A program made the translations under genes and the position numbers. From positions 558,001-622,000 of the forward strand of contig NC_090600.1 of NCBI RefSeq assembly GCF_000497125.1: a stretch of DNA of 64,000 nt, given 5' to 3'. The stretch comes from Spironucleus salmonicida. Its lineage: Eukaryota. Under the pieces are notes generated by a model. The model saw only the letters and a program-made list of their open reading frames with translations. It did not search any database and was not told the DNA's origin. This document shows positions 53,624 to 64,000 of the stretch, piece after piece (position 1 is the stretch's first letter; each line of letters begins with the position of its first letter).

Positions 53624-54661
53624 ATGGAACATTCCGACACTAATTCTATCCTAACAACCTTTGATGCTAAGCATGGTAAAGTCGTTATTACATATGGTAC
53701 TACAATGAAGCATCTAGGCCCTCAAATCATAGAGTCATTAGGTTTTGAAGAAAACTTCATTGCCTTACGAACTAAAAAATTTATGGATACTGAGATTTGC
53801 TTAGACTTTGAATCTAGCGTTAGAGGATCAGATTTATTTATTATTTAGTCTATCTGTGGACCTGAAGTCAATGATGCATTTATGGAAACACTTTTGGCTA
53901 TTGATGCCGCGCGTCGCGCATCCGCGCATAGAATTACTTTAGTTATGCCATATTATGGATATGCTCGTTAGGATCGTGTTGCATACCCTCGTTAACCACT
54001 TTCTGCTAAAGTTATAGCTGACTGTCTTCAGACTGTGGGTATCGATAGAATTATTGTGTGCGATATCCATGTACCTTAAATATAAGGATTTTTCTCATCT
54101 AGAACTTCCTTTGATCATGTTCGTGGCAAGCATATTTTTATATCCAGGTTAGCTGAATTGCACAAGGATTTAAAGTTTATAGTCTCCTCAACTGATGCTG
54201 GCGGTGCGTGTAGATGTAGAGAGCTCGCATAACTATTAAGTACCAATTTAGTCATATTAGATAAGAGGCGTTATGCCGACAATTAGGCTGAAGTAATGAA
54301 CGTTATTGGTGATGTTACTGGTGCTAATGTTATTCTTTATGATGACATTTGTGATACGGCTGGGTCTCTTGTCCATGCAGGTGATGCTCTTTTAAAGGCT
54401 GGAGCTAACAAAATATTTGCAGCAATCACACATCCAGTATTAAGTGGTCCTGCTGTTGAAAGGCTTATGAACTCTAAATTCGAGAAGTTATTTTTCTCGG
54501 ACTCTATCCCAATTAGTGAAGAAAAAGCACAGAAACTGGGCAAAAGATTAGAAATAATCAGCTGCAAGGACGCTGTAGCTAATGTTATTAAATGCATTCA
54601 TGAAGATATCAGCATTGGAGATTATTGGAACTAAGTGGAATAAAGTTTCCAGGTAAAGTGA
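53624..54661 (+). CDS. prs: Ribose-phosphate pyrophosphokinase (PRPP synthetase), 345 aa
   Basis: [47 protein letters not shown]. Confidence 0.96.
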
Positions 54662-54676
54662 TCATTATTTTCACTG

Positions 54677-54997
54677 TCAATAACTTCCTCTGAATTAAGT
54701 GCTAGCACTTCTAAGTTTTCTTCTGACGTCGTCCAAAGTATTGAAAAACGGTTCATTAAATGATGGTGTCATCTGCCTACTAGGTAATGATCTATTCAGT
54801 TTCTCACCTAGAAACATGATTCTTTGTTATCTATCAGTCTAAAGAGCAAAATTAACACCTTGCTTAAGACTTGGCAACATCATTTTATTTATTTGCTGTC
54901 TAGATAAAGTCATATCGTTAATAACTCTAATTTTGTTGTATTATGTGCACGGTAACGTCGAAATCATGTAATTCTTAGAACCTGGACAATCGCACAT
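54677..54997 (-). CDS. Hypothetical protein, 106 aa
   Basis: MCDCPGSKNYM...QFRGSY. AGTGA lies just after the stop. Confidence 0.55.
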
Positions 54998-55182
54998 TGA
55001 TAAAGGAATGAGAAATATATGTATATTTATGTATAAAATTGATAATATTGAATTTAAAAAAACTAATATTTTATCATAGTTAAATAAAATACTACTAAAA
55101 TTTATATCAGCAAAATCCTGATTTAAGGACATAAAAAATTCGAATTTTGCCCAAATCGAGTCAGCTTGACGAAACGACAAAC

Positions 55183-55410
55183 TCACTCAGCGCCCTCGCC
55201 AAGCAGCTGCTTTAGTAATACCATTTAGTCAGCTGTAGACGCATCTAGTTATATCAGTTCCTCCAAAATTCCGTACGCCTATTAGTAGTCTTTTATTTAC
55301 AAAAGCTCCGTGTAGAGCTATCTATATGCCAAAATTAGCTCATCTTGCTACTAAGGAATGTTGTTTGCCTTCAGTACGTTGATCTGCTTAGTGAGAGAAT
55401 TGAGATTCAT
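55183..55410 (-). CDS. Small helical (TPR-like) protein, 75 aa
   Basis: ...KDYQQAYGILEELIQLD... Ends GAG-TGA. Confidence 0.6.
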
Positions 55411-55471
55411 TTTCAATTAGTGGATTATATTTGTATATTAAGCATAAGATATAATTATACTTTCCTTTTAA

Positions 55472-56119
55472 ATGAAACTTTTCATGTACGATTACGAGCA
55501 GTGCGACCCCAAAAGATGCTCAGGTCAGCGTCTCTACAAGCGTAATTTACTTGAGAAAATACCAATTACGCGCCCATTTGCTGGAATCCTGCTGTCTTCA
55601 GAGGGAACATTTTATTTGTCTCAGGCGGACATCGCACTTGCAGCCCAAAGAGGGTTAGGTGTAGTTGATTGTTCCTGGAACGAAATTTTGAATCATAACT
55701 CTGTCCCTGTAAAGTCACTGAAATGCAGAAATCATAGGCGACTTCCATTCCTAGTGGCAGCAAACACCGTGAATTACGGAAAACCAATGCATCTCAACTG
55801 TGCAGAAGCACTTATTGCTGGGTTGTACATGCTAGACTAAGTGGAAATGGCTCAAAAATTAAGCAATGAAATAGAGTATGGAGCAGAGTTTCTACGAATA
55901 AATTTTGATAGTTTAGAAAGGTATAAAGGATGCGTAGATAGCATTTAAGTAGAAAAGGCAGAGAAGTATGTGATAGAGCATATGGGTGACAAAGATGTCG
56001 TCGATCAGGAGCAAGAAGAGGAGTTTGCAGAGCAAGAAGAAGTAGACTATGATGCAATATGGGCCAGAGTTGACTAAAAAAGAAGATTAGGGGATAATAT
56101 TGAAGGGGAATCATAATGA
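55472..56119 (+). CDS. TSR3: 18S rRNA aminocarboxypropyltransferase Tsr3, 215 aa
   Basis: QCDPKRCSG, VVDCSW, RRLPFLVAANTVNYGKP, LNCAEA. Acidic tail. Confidence 0.93.
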
Positions 56120-56220
56120 TGGGTATCTAAATCACTAATCTAGTAAACTGTTGGTAATTTATAATTTTAATAACATTAAACTAAGTACTAAGATTAATTA
56201 CATATTGATGAGTAAAACAG

Positions 56221-56445
56221 TCATAAAAATAAATCAAACAATGATGGGTCTACGTTCTACTCGGAACTACTTTATACACTTTCTGTCATCTCAAATAGTG
56301 AATCATTATAACTATGATATACACGTGGCCCAGCTAATAGTCTTAAAAAAGGAGGAGTAGGTGGCAATTTAAGTTTTGTACTATATCTACTATTTATAAT
56401 AGATAATAGATTGGCCTTTCTTTTGGTAAAGCTAGTATCATGCAT
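56221..56445 (-). CDS. Microprotein, 74 aa
   Basis: MHDTSFTKRKANLL...LPPTPPF...DPSLFDLFL. Confidence 0.5.
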
Positions 56446-57098
56446 TAATTAATTTTTAATTTAATAATTCTTAAATACAATAATAAAATATCCATATTTT
56501 AAAAATAAATTCGAAGACTTAACTTATTATCATATTAATATGTATATTATATTTTATGGCAAATATAACAAGAGTGGTAATTTAGGATTCTTTATTCATA
56601 TTTTATAAAACTATCAATAATTTTATTAACAACTAATGTATGTAGTAAATAATTAATATAGGAAAGAATAATTGTATTCAAAACAAATATATATATTTAT
56701 TTATTTAAACTAATTAAAAAAATATTGTATACTGTAAACACTACAGAACAATTTATTTCTAAATTCTAAAATTTATGTCAAAGCTTTTACCGTGTGAGTC
56801 AATATAATAAAAATCGTAGACACTCAAAAATGACGAAAGAATAATTTAATACTTATATAAATAAATATCAAATGTGTATCTTTTAAGTTTATTTGCTAAA
56901 CTATAATCATAACTATAGTTTCCACACATTAATAATTGTTGATTATGAAATTTATATTTGATGTTATATTTTGGATATAATTAATTACTTATCAGTAGAA
57001 ATATATTCTTTTAAATATAATAAAATACTGCTATAGTTTATAGTATAAACAGAGTTTCAGGAGGGTTATGATACTTTAACTAGAAAATATGAGTCTTA

Positions 57099-57557
57099 TC
57101 ACTCATAAACATGGCAATCAGCAGTTTTAGTATAAACAGCCAATTCTTCATTTTTGAACCATAAGGCTACTTCTCTAGCAGCATCCTCAGGGTTGGCAGA
57201 ACCATGAATGACGTTTCTACCACAGTCGATACCAAAATCACCTCTGATAGTACCAGGTGCGCTTTCAGCAGGCTTGGTAACACCCATCATAGTTCTAGCA
57301 ATTTTGATAACATCATTACCTTCCCAAACCATGGCACAAACTGGACCAGAGGTAAGGAAGTTAACAAGAGCTGGGAAGAAAGGGCGCTGTCTGTGTTCAT
57401 CATAATGAGTTTCAGCGAGATCCTTGCTAGGGGTAAGTACTTTCATAGCAATAAGTTTGAATCCACGTTTTTCAAAACGAGAGATGATTTCACCAACAAG
57501 TCCACGTTGCACACCGTCAGGTTTTACCATTAAATATGAGCGTTGTCTAGCCTCCAT
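57099..57557 (-). CDS. ndk: Nucleoside diphosphate kinase, 152 aa
   Basis: [25 protein letters not shown]. Confidence 0.97.
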   Translation of the reverse strand: MEARQRSYLMVKPDGVQRGLVGEIISRFEKRGFKLIAMKVLTPSKDLAETHYDEHRQRPFFPALVNFLTSGPVCAMVWEGNDVIKIARTMMGVTKPAESAPGTIRGDFGIDCGRNVIHGSANPEDAAREVALWFKNEELAVYTKTADCHVYE

Positions 57558-57786
57558 CTACTTGATGGAATGGAGAGCAAGATTTATTCTGATTTTATCA
57601 GATTATAATACCTAGAATATAATCTTTCATAATAAGAAAATATATTCATGCTGTTATATTATATAATATCAGTATGTTTTTGTTTTAAAGTAATTACCTG
57701 ATTATTCGTTTCACGTAACTATTGCTACTATAATTGTGTTTTTATATTTTATATACTTTAAATATATAAATAAAGATTTAGTAAAA

Positions 57787-59406
57787 ATGAGATCTTTCAA
57801 TGAAGTAATAAAATTTAATAAGCAGCATGATTAAAATATTCAGTAATTAGTACCAGCCGCTTAATTAGATTTTAAACCACCACTTTTTAACAAGAAAAAT
57901 AAAACACCTGTAAATTCCCTTAGCTCTAAAATATTTTTTGTGATCCTAGTCGGATCTATTCCATAGTTTTTATATACATTTACAAACTCGTCGCTATACT
58001 CATTCACTGTATTTTATTCTAACTACTATAATGTAACCATACCATAAATTTAATTAGTACAACATGCTGAAGTTATTATTATAACATCAATCGGGCTATT
58101 TTCCTCAAAAATACACAAATTTTTAACTATCCCTAACGGCTTTCTTATTTTTTCATTCTTTATAGGTCTCTTCAATATTTTGATTTATTTTAATAAAACA
58201 TTTGAGTATTTGATTGTTATGAGAATTTTTGGTGCTATTGGATATACTGTAATTTATACATCAACTGCACCTTTAATGAATCAATTTGTATATCCTGGTA
58301 ATCTTACGGCAGCTATGACTATCAATGATTTGTTAATTCCATTTGGGGAACTTTTAGGAATTATTATTAATATTTTAATTTTAGACTACGATCCATAACT
58401 TTTATTTTTAATTGCAGGTATTTTAGGTATGATTCACTTCCTATACTGTGCATTTTGCATTCCTAGGCTTCCTTTTAATAAAAAAGTAAAATTTAACCTT
58501 ATTCTAATTTTACTATCAATTTCAGGAATGTCGTTAATAGTTGTTTCATTCGCTCTTTTAGCTATTAATACTGAAATTTACATATATATTCTAACCTTTA
58601 TATTTGGAACCATTCTAATATCTGGCTTCTTCTATTTAAACTATAAATCCAAAATCCAAACCCTTCCTAGCGAAATATTCAATAAAAATACGATTGTGTT
58701 CATAATATTGAACTTTTTAATGTCATTTTCGCAGCAAACTATCAACTGGTTCATCCCTTTGATTTGGCGTATTGAATTCAAATTCACATTTTTAGAATCA
58801 GGATTTTACCAGGGCTTTAACCATATCATTGCATGTTGCTTCGTAGTGCTTATCCTCCTTATACAGAAAAAAGTAACATACAGACGAATTCTATTCTGCA
58901 GTAATTTATTCCATTGTTTGGTTTATTTCTGCCTAGTTTTCACATTTTAGTTCTTCTAAAACTAATATTTTATTCAGTTTCTTGCATTACTTTTAGAGGT
59001 AAATTTCACACTATTTTTGGTCTCTATTTAAGTCTTCAATATTCTAGCGTCCCCGAAGCGCTTCGGTTTCATTTCAGGCTCGATAGTGGCCATTGCAGCA
59101 AAATTAGGATGGTCAGTCGGAACTTCTATTTTCACTGCAATTTCGAGGGCTTTCACTTCGTACTTTCAGAGCGCACAAATCTGTGCCATTCTGAGTCTAA
59201 TTATCAACTTTTTTGGAATGTGCCTGAGCTACTTCATAGGGGTTTTTGCCTGGGAAAGGGGTAAGTTTGGCTTTACAGAAGCGCTAGCGGCCCACAGCAT
59301 CGCGTTCGTTGAGGACACTTTCATTGGAACCGCAGAGGTCGCGCTGGCGGAGCAGGATCCCGGGCTTTACGTAGGATGGGGGCGCATGGATGAAATACTG
59401 ATTTGA
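57787..59406 (+). CDS. Major facilitator superfamily transporter (drug:H+ antiporter-like), 539 aa
   Basis: Track ORFs 58180, 58429 and 59086 share one frame. Many TM segments. LIVMRIFGAIG resembles MFS motif B. Confidence 0.8.
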
Positions 59407-59410
59407 CTTT

Positions 59411-60682
59411 TCACTCGTGGTGAGACTCCTGAAGGGACTCTCCGGTCGCGATTGGCGGCGTTTCGAGTGCAATTTAGATATTCTAATGGTTTTCTAGGTC
59501 CACCGTTCCGTCAAACTGCTGCAGCATGTCGGGGTGGACGGCGAGGACGTCCTGGACCTGCTCCTGGATGAACTTCGCGTCGTCGACGTCGTTCGCGATG
59601 GAGTCGTCGGAGCGGTTCGGGATCTGCTTGTTGCAGCGCCGGCTCTCGCGGAACTTGGCTATCTTGGTCCGGACGACGCGGCAGCGCTTCTCCTCCCGCT
59701 TCTCGGAGAAGATGAGGCAGAAGAAGAGCCGCGCGATGTAGCCCGAGGGGACGGTGTTGTAGAGGTTGTCCACGGGGAGGACGTTGGGCCCGATAAACTT
59801 GTGCAGGAAGTACGGGACGAAGACCTTGCGGTAGAGGAAGAAGTTGAGGAAGGCGAGCTGGATGCCCCAAAAGTAGCAGAAGCAGATGTAGGGCACGATC
59901 ATGAGGCGGTTCTTGAGCACCCACTTCTGGATCTCCAGCGTGAAGCTCAGACTGACGTAGGTGAGCCCGATGTGCAGGTGGCCCATGTAGAAGATCACGT
60001 TCATCAGGTAGCCCGCCGGGTCGCGCACGTAGAAGTAGCGAGCCATCTCCGAGCAGACCATGAAGTTGATGAACAGGGTCACGGCGAAGCAGGCGATGCG
60101 GAAGCGCGGCGTCCAGATCTCGAGCGTGACGAAGCGGAAGATGGTCTGCTTCATGACGAGCGTGTAGAGGATGCAGCCGAGCAGATGGATCGGGATCAGC
60201 ACACTGGCCAGGAAGTACACCAGCCAACCCGCGAGGTACCAGACGAGGAGCTGGATGGGGAAGTCCTGGCTCCAGTGCAGGTTCCAGATGAAGTACTGCG
60301 AGGCGAAGGCCACGGTCGCGAAGTAGAGGTCCTTGAGGGTGAGCATGAGCATCTTCTGGTGCAGCCAGCGGATCATGATCGTGGAGTCCACGTAGAAGAT
60401 CACCACGGTGAGCGAGGCCGTGATCACGGTCAGGATGAGGTACTTCAGGAAGTAGTTGACGGACTTGAGCCACTTCATCTTCTGCGCCGCCACGATGTGG
60501 AAGTAAAAATTGGTGATGCCCAGGGTGATGATGGCCACGTCCTGGATCTCCTGGAACTGCTTAGCGTTGTAGTTGCATATCGCAAATATGATGTAGAATA
60601 CGGCAGCGGAGATGGGGAAGTTCAGCAGCGTCAGCACGTACCCCGCCACGGCCCGCACAAAGAACGAGAGCCACTTATTCAT
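59411..60682 (-). CDS. Multipass membrane protein of unknown family, 423 aa, GC-rich copy B
   Basis: Identical to copy A up to GTVDL, then a different tail. Ends GAG-TGA. Confidence 0.9.
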
Positions 60683-60690
60683 TTAAAGAC
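59499..60690. repeat. Inverted duplication, copy B (pairs with 41762..42953)
   Basis: Coordinate sum 102452. Confidence 0.95.
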
Positions 60691-61322
60691 AGACTGAAAA
60701 TAAATTTTATTTATTTGAAATATAGTATAAATTTATTTGTTCAATAACATTCTTGTTAATTTATATATTATATTGTGATAGAAATTTTACGATAATTACA
60801 ACCAATTTTACTTAAAACAAACCAAATTATTCCTAAATTATATCTAATTCAGACTATTTGATTATTTCATAAGGATAATAAGACGTAATTTATATCAATG
60901 GTTATTGATGATAAATATTCTTTAAAGATAGTTATCAAATAAATTAATTGTTAAAGCAAATAATTACAAAACATATAATATATCACTGATTACTCACCCA
61001 AGCAAATTTTAATAGTTAGTTTCATTTATTACAATACTGATTCAACATAATGGAATTATAAATTTATTTATAATTTATATTTTTAACGATACATCGAAAT
61101 ACAGAATAATATACAGAACCCTAAGATTTATTCTATAGAGTTCAAAAAAATTGATAAAACTTTAATATTTAATCTACTTATAAGGATAGATTAACAATCA
61201 AAATTGCACTAACGAAATCATTTAACAAAAACTCATGGTTGTTTATTAAACATGTTAGCAATATATTGAATAAATATGTTTATTATTATTTTATGATACC
61301 TATATAATAATTTATTTCTAAT

Positions 61323-61907
61323 ATGAGAATTACCTCAACTAAGCTTGAGCTTTCAGGAAAGTCTCTTTAGTTCACAATTTTTTAAACTCCAGATACTCTT
61401 TAAGTGCATATTGAAAATCTCAGTACACTAAGGCGTATTGTCACAACGTTGACACCATAAATAGTGCAAAAAATAACTTCAAAAGCGGGAGTTACGAGAA
61501 ACTTCGAGTAATTTTCGCAACTGGTTAGAAAAGCTGTGGAATCCCCATAAACAGACGAATTGAAATTGAAATTGGTTTTTCCATCTGTATTTTTGACTTT
61601 AAATTCAAGCTATGAAAATGTGACTTATCAGATCGATTTTTCTGAAGTCTAGCGTCAGGACTCAGACTATTACTACATAATGTACCGGAACCAAGTCAGG
61701 GAAAACGAAGCTTTGACTTCAAAAATTCAATAGTTCTAGATTGATTCTGCTATAAAAGTTTGCGAAAAATGTGATAAACTCCAAAGAAAGCTTTAACGGT
61801 TGGAGCGCAAATTGCAATAACGGGAATATGAAAATTTAGTGCTCGCTGAGAAGCTGGAGATGTACTAAGATCAAAGTTAACCATTTGACGCGGCTGAAGA
61901 GTTTTGA
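61323..61907 (+). CDS. CCDC61/VFL3-like protein (SAS-6/XRCC4-type head plus coiled coil), 194 aa
   Basis: Beta-rich head with VQKITSKAGVTRNFEQFSQLVRKAV, then a coiled coil. Family call from remembered motif resemblance. Confidence 0.6.
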
Positions 61908-62457
61908 GCACAGATTCACGTTAAATCATAACTTATATAACGCATTACAGTAGCAATTTTTAGAGCAATTACTTCGCTTTGCTACCCTACCGCAAAATCA
62001 ACTCAACGTTGTATCAGCTAACCCCACGAAAATCCGAATGCTTTGGAAGTCCATGAGGCCAAAGTCGAGTGTTACGCCCTCTAGCCGATACCAATAAAAA
62101 GCTGCCAAACCGCCACTCAAGATGCGATAGCGCACGCTCTATCGCAGGGAAATTCCGTGTTGCAGTTTCGACGTTTTGCGGCCAGCGCAATTCCGGTACA
62201 ATCAGATGGCCTTGGATTCCACGTTAACGGCTTTTCGTGTTTAATTCGTTCTAATTTGACCAGAATTTTGCATCCCACAAAATGCCCAAATCTTCATATT
62301 TGTCTATTAATATATTGCCAGCATCTCGCGGCGAGTGATGTTTTGATAATTCCAGCTAGTGATTTTTGGTTATGCAGAAAACGGCGAAACATTTGTGGAT
62401 TATGTGCTTTTGAGCGTATTTGATATAAACACAAATATCTTTTTCACCCTTCCACAA

Positions 62458-64000
62458 ATGCAATCATCGGATTTGCAGGACAACCTGATGATGACGGGGC
62501 TGTCGAACAGCATCAACGACAACTCGCTCATCACATCGCAGAAATAGGCGCTAGATCAGCAGTACTGTCTCATCAAGGAGCTGCAGGCTGCGCTGATGAA
62601 ATAAACATCGACCGGCCAGGATGACGACTATGAGATATTGCTGGGTAAGTACAAAGAGGTGCAGGGTTAACTTTTAGAGCAAAAGCGTATATCCTCTTAG
62701 TTCAGTTACACGGCAGCTGAATCAGCTCATTCGGCAGCTAACTTTAAAACGTAGTTAGATCAACTGTAACCTGAACACCAAAAGTTAACAATGCAGTTCA
62801 ATAATACGTCGCAAGCGTTATTTAAAACACAAGCAGATTTCAATACAATGAAATTAGAAAACTCATCATTGGTAAATGAAACTTTAATTTTAAGACAATC
62901 CAATGACGAGTTTATTACTAATATTTCTGAATTAACAGACTCTCAAACATTAATAGGGCAGTAGAATTTCGACTTAAAGAATAAAATTTCGGTATAGAAA
63001 GAAAAATTAACTGCAGTTACGTAAGCTAATGAAAATGCTTAGGTAAAAATAGAATATATTGAGTAAAATAAATAACAGCTTTAAAAACTGAATGACCAAC
63101 TCAGTGAAAATCTTTCAACAACCTATGAAAACGTTAAGAATCTTCAAATTAAACTATCATAGGTAGATAATGAACTATTACATACGCGCACTGAAAATAC
63201 AACTTTAACTCAGGCATTGTAAAAATTATAGCAGTAATCTTCTAGGAATGAAGAAGTTAACGGAGAAAAACTGAGCATTTTATTGGCAGAGCATGAAGAT
63301 TTAAAGCATAGATTTTCAGCTCTCAAAACTACTAATGATCAAGTATAAGATGAAATGACCTTAAAAACCAATGAAAATTAAATTTTAACCTTAAAGCTAG
63401 AAGAATTATAAATTAAGTTTGCTGATCTAAGTTCGTCAAATGCAAACATGTATTAAAAGCATTAAACTTTAATTAAAGAAAATGAAAAGGGATAGATTTT
63501 ATTAAATCAGCAATCATTAAATATTACTAAACTTACTACTCAAAATGATGATAAAACAAATTAAATTCAGGCATTAAAAACTGAAAACGAGCTTGCCTTA
63601 AAGAGTTAAAAGGATATTAATATTCAGCTTTAAAAAGTGTAAAATGAGTTGAATAATGTTCAACTTTCATCATAAAAAGAAGTATCTAGTTTAGAAAACT
63701 CCATTTCAAAGTAACATACTATAGTAGCTTAAAAGACGTAAGAAATTAAAGCTTTAAAATAAAATCAAGATACCCTAAAGGCTAATATTCAAACATAAAA
63801 TAATGAATTTTCAGATCTTTAAAAAGCGATGCAAACTTAACAAAATTCTAATTTCCTAGAGATCAAAAAGCTGGAAGATGCCATCAATGAAAAATTATAG
63901 GAGATTTCCGCATTAAATTTAACTATTTCTCGTTTGTAGATTTAAACAGAAAATATGGCTTAAAATACTGATAATTTAAACTCTAACTACGCAAAACTTC
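62458..64000 (+). CDS. Long coiled-coil protein, 3' end outside window
   Basis: C-rich tract then MQSSDLQDNL... Q/E/N/K/L-rich open frame. Confidence 0.8.

Noticed and set aside
1-64000. Bacterial or phage origin, mass pseudogenisation, CRISPR arrays, rRNA
   Set aside because: Eukaryote-specific genes are intact under code 6. No spacer-repeat array or rRNA signature was seen.

Overview
Gene-dense eukaryotic DNA with no introns detected. It uses the alternative nuclear code (TAA/TAG = Gln, TGA the only stop), so the supplied ORF track is fragmented; I re-read genes by hand under translation table 6. The code, tiny intergenic spaces, C-rich pre-ATG tracts and AGTGA overlapping stop codons point to a hexamitin diplomonad, most likely Spironucleus (inference). 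About 50 CDS are supported. Recognisable ones: bacterial-type cysteine synthase, a degenerate CAMK-like kinase, two kinesins, a membrane-anchored papain-family protease, duplicated Myb genes, a GARP/SHAQKYF Myb, ankyrin, Snf7, FAM184-like, Dpy-30-motif, PP2A-B56, PRPP synthetase, Tsr3, NDP kinase, an MFS transporter and a CCDC61-like protein. Structural highlights: (1) a 4.36-kb palindrome with 1913-bp arms around a 535-bp spacer holding an MGCG microprotein; (2) two near-identical, extremely GC3-rich inverted copies of an unknown multipass membrane gene, plus an AT-rich paralog; (3) a recurrent GGAG[T/C]GGAAA motif on both strands of unrelated genes, associated with GC-rich codon islands; (4) a candidate microprotein family and a candidate structured ncRNA. 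All coordinates and translations are manual and should be confirmed computationally.
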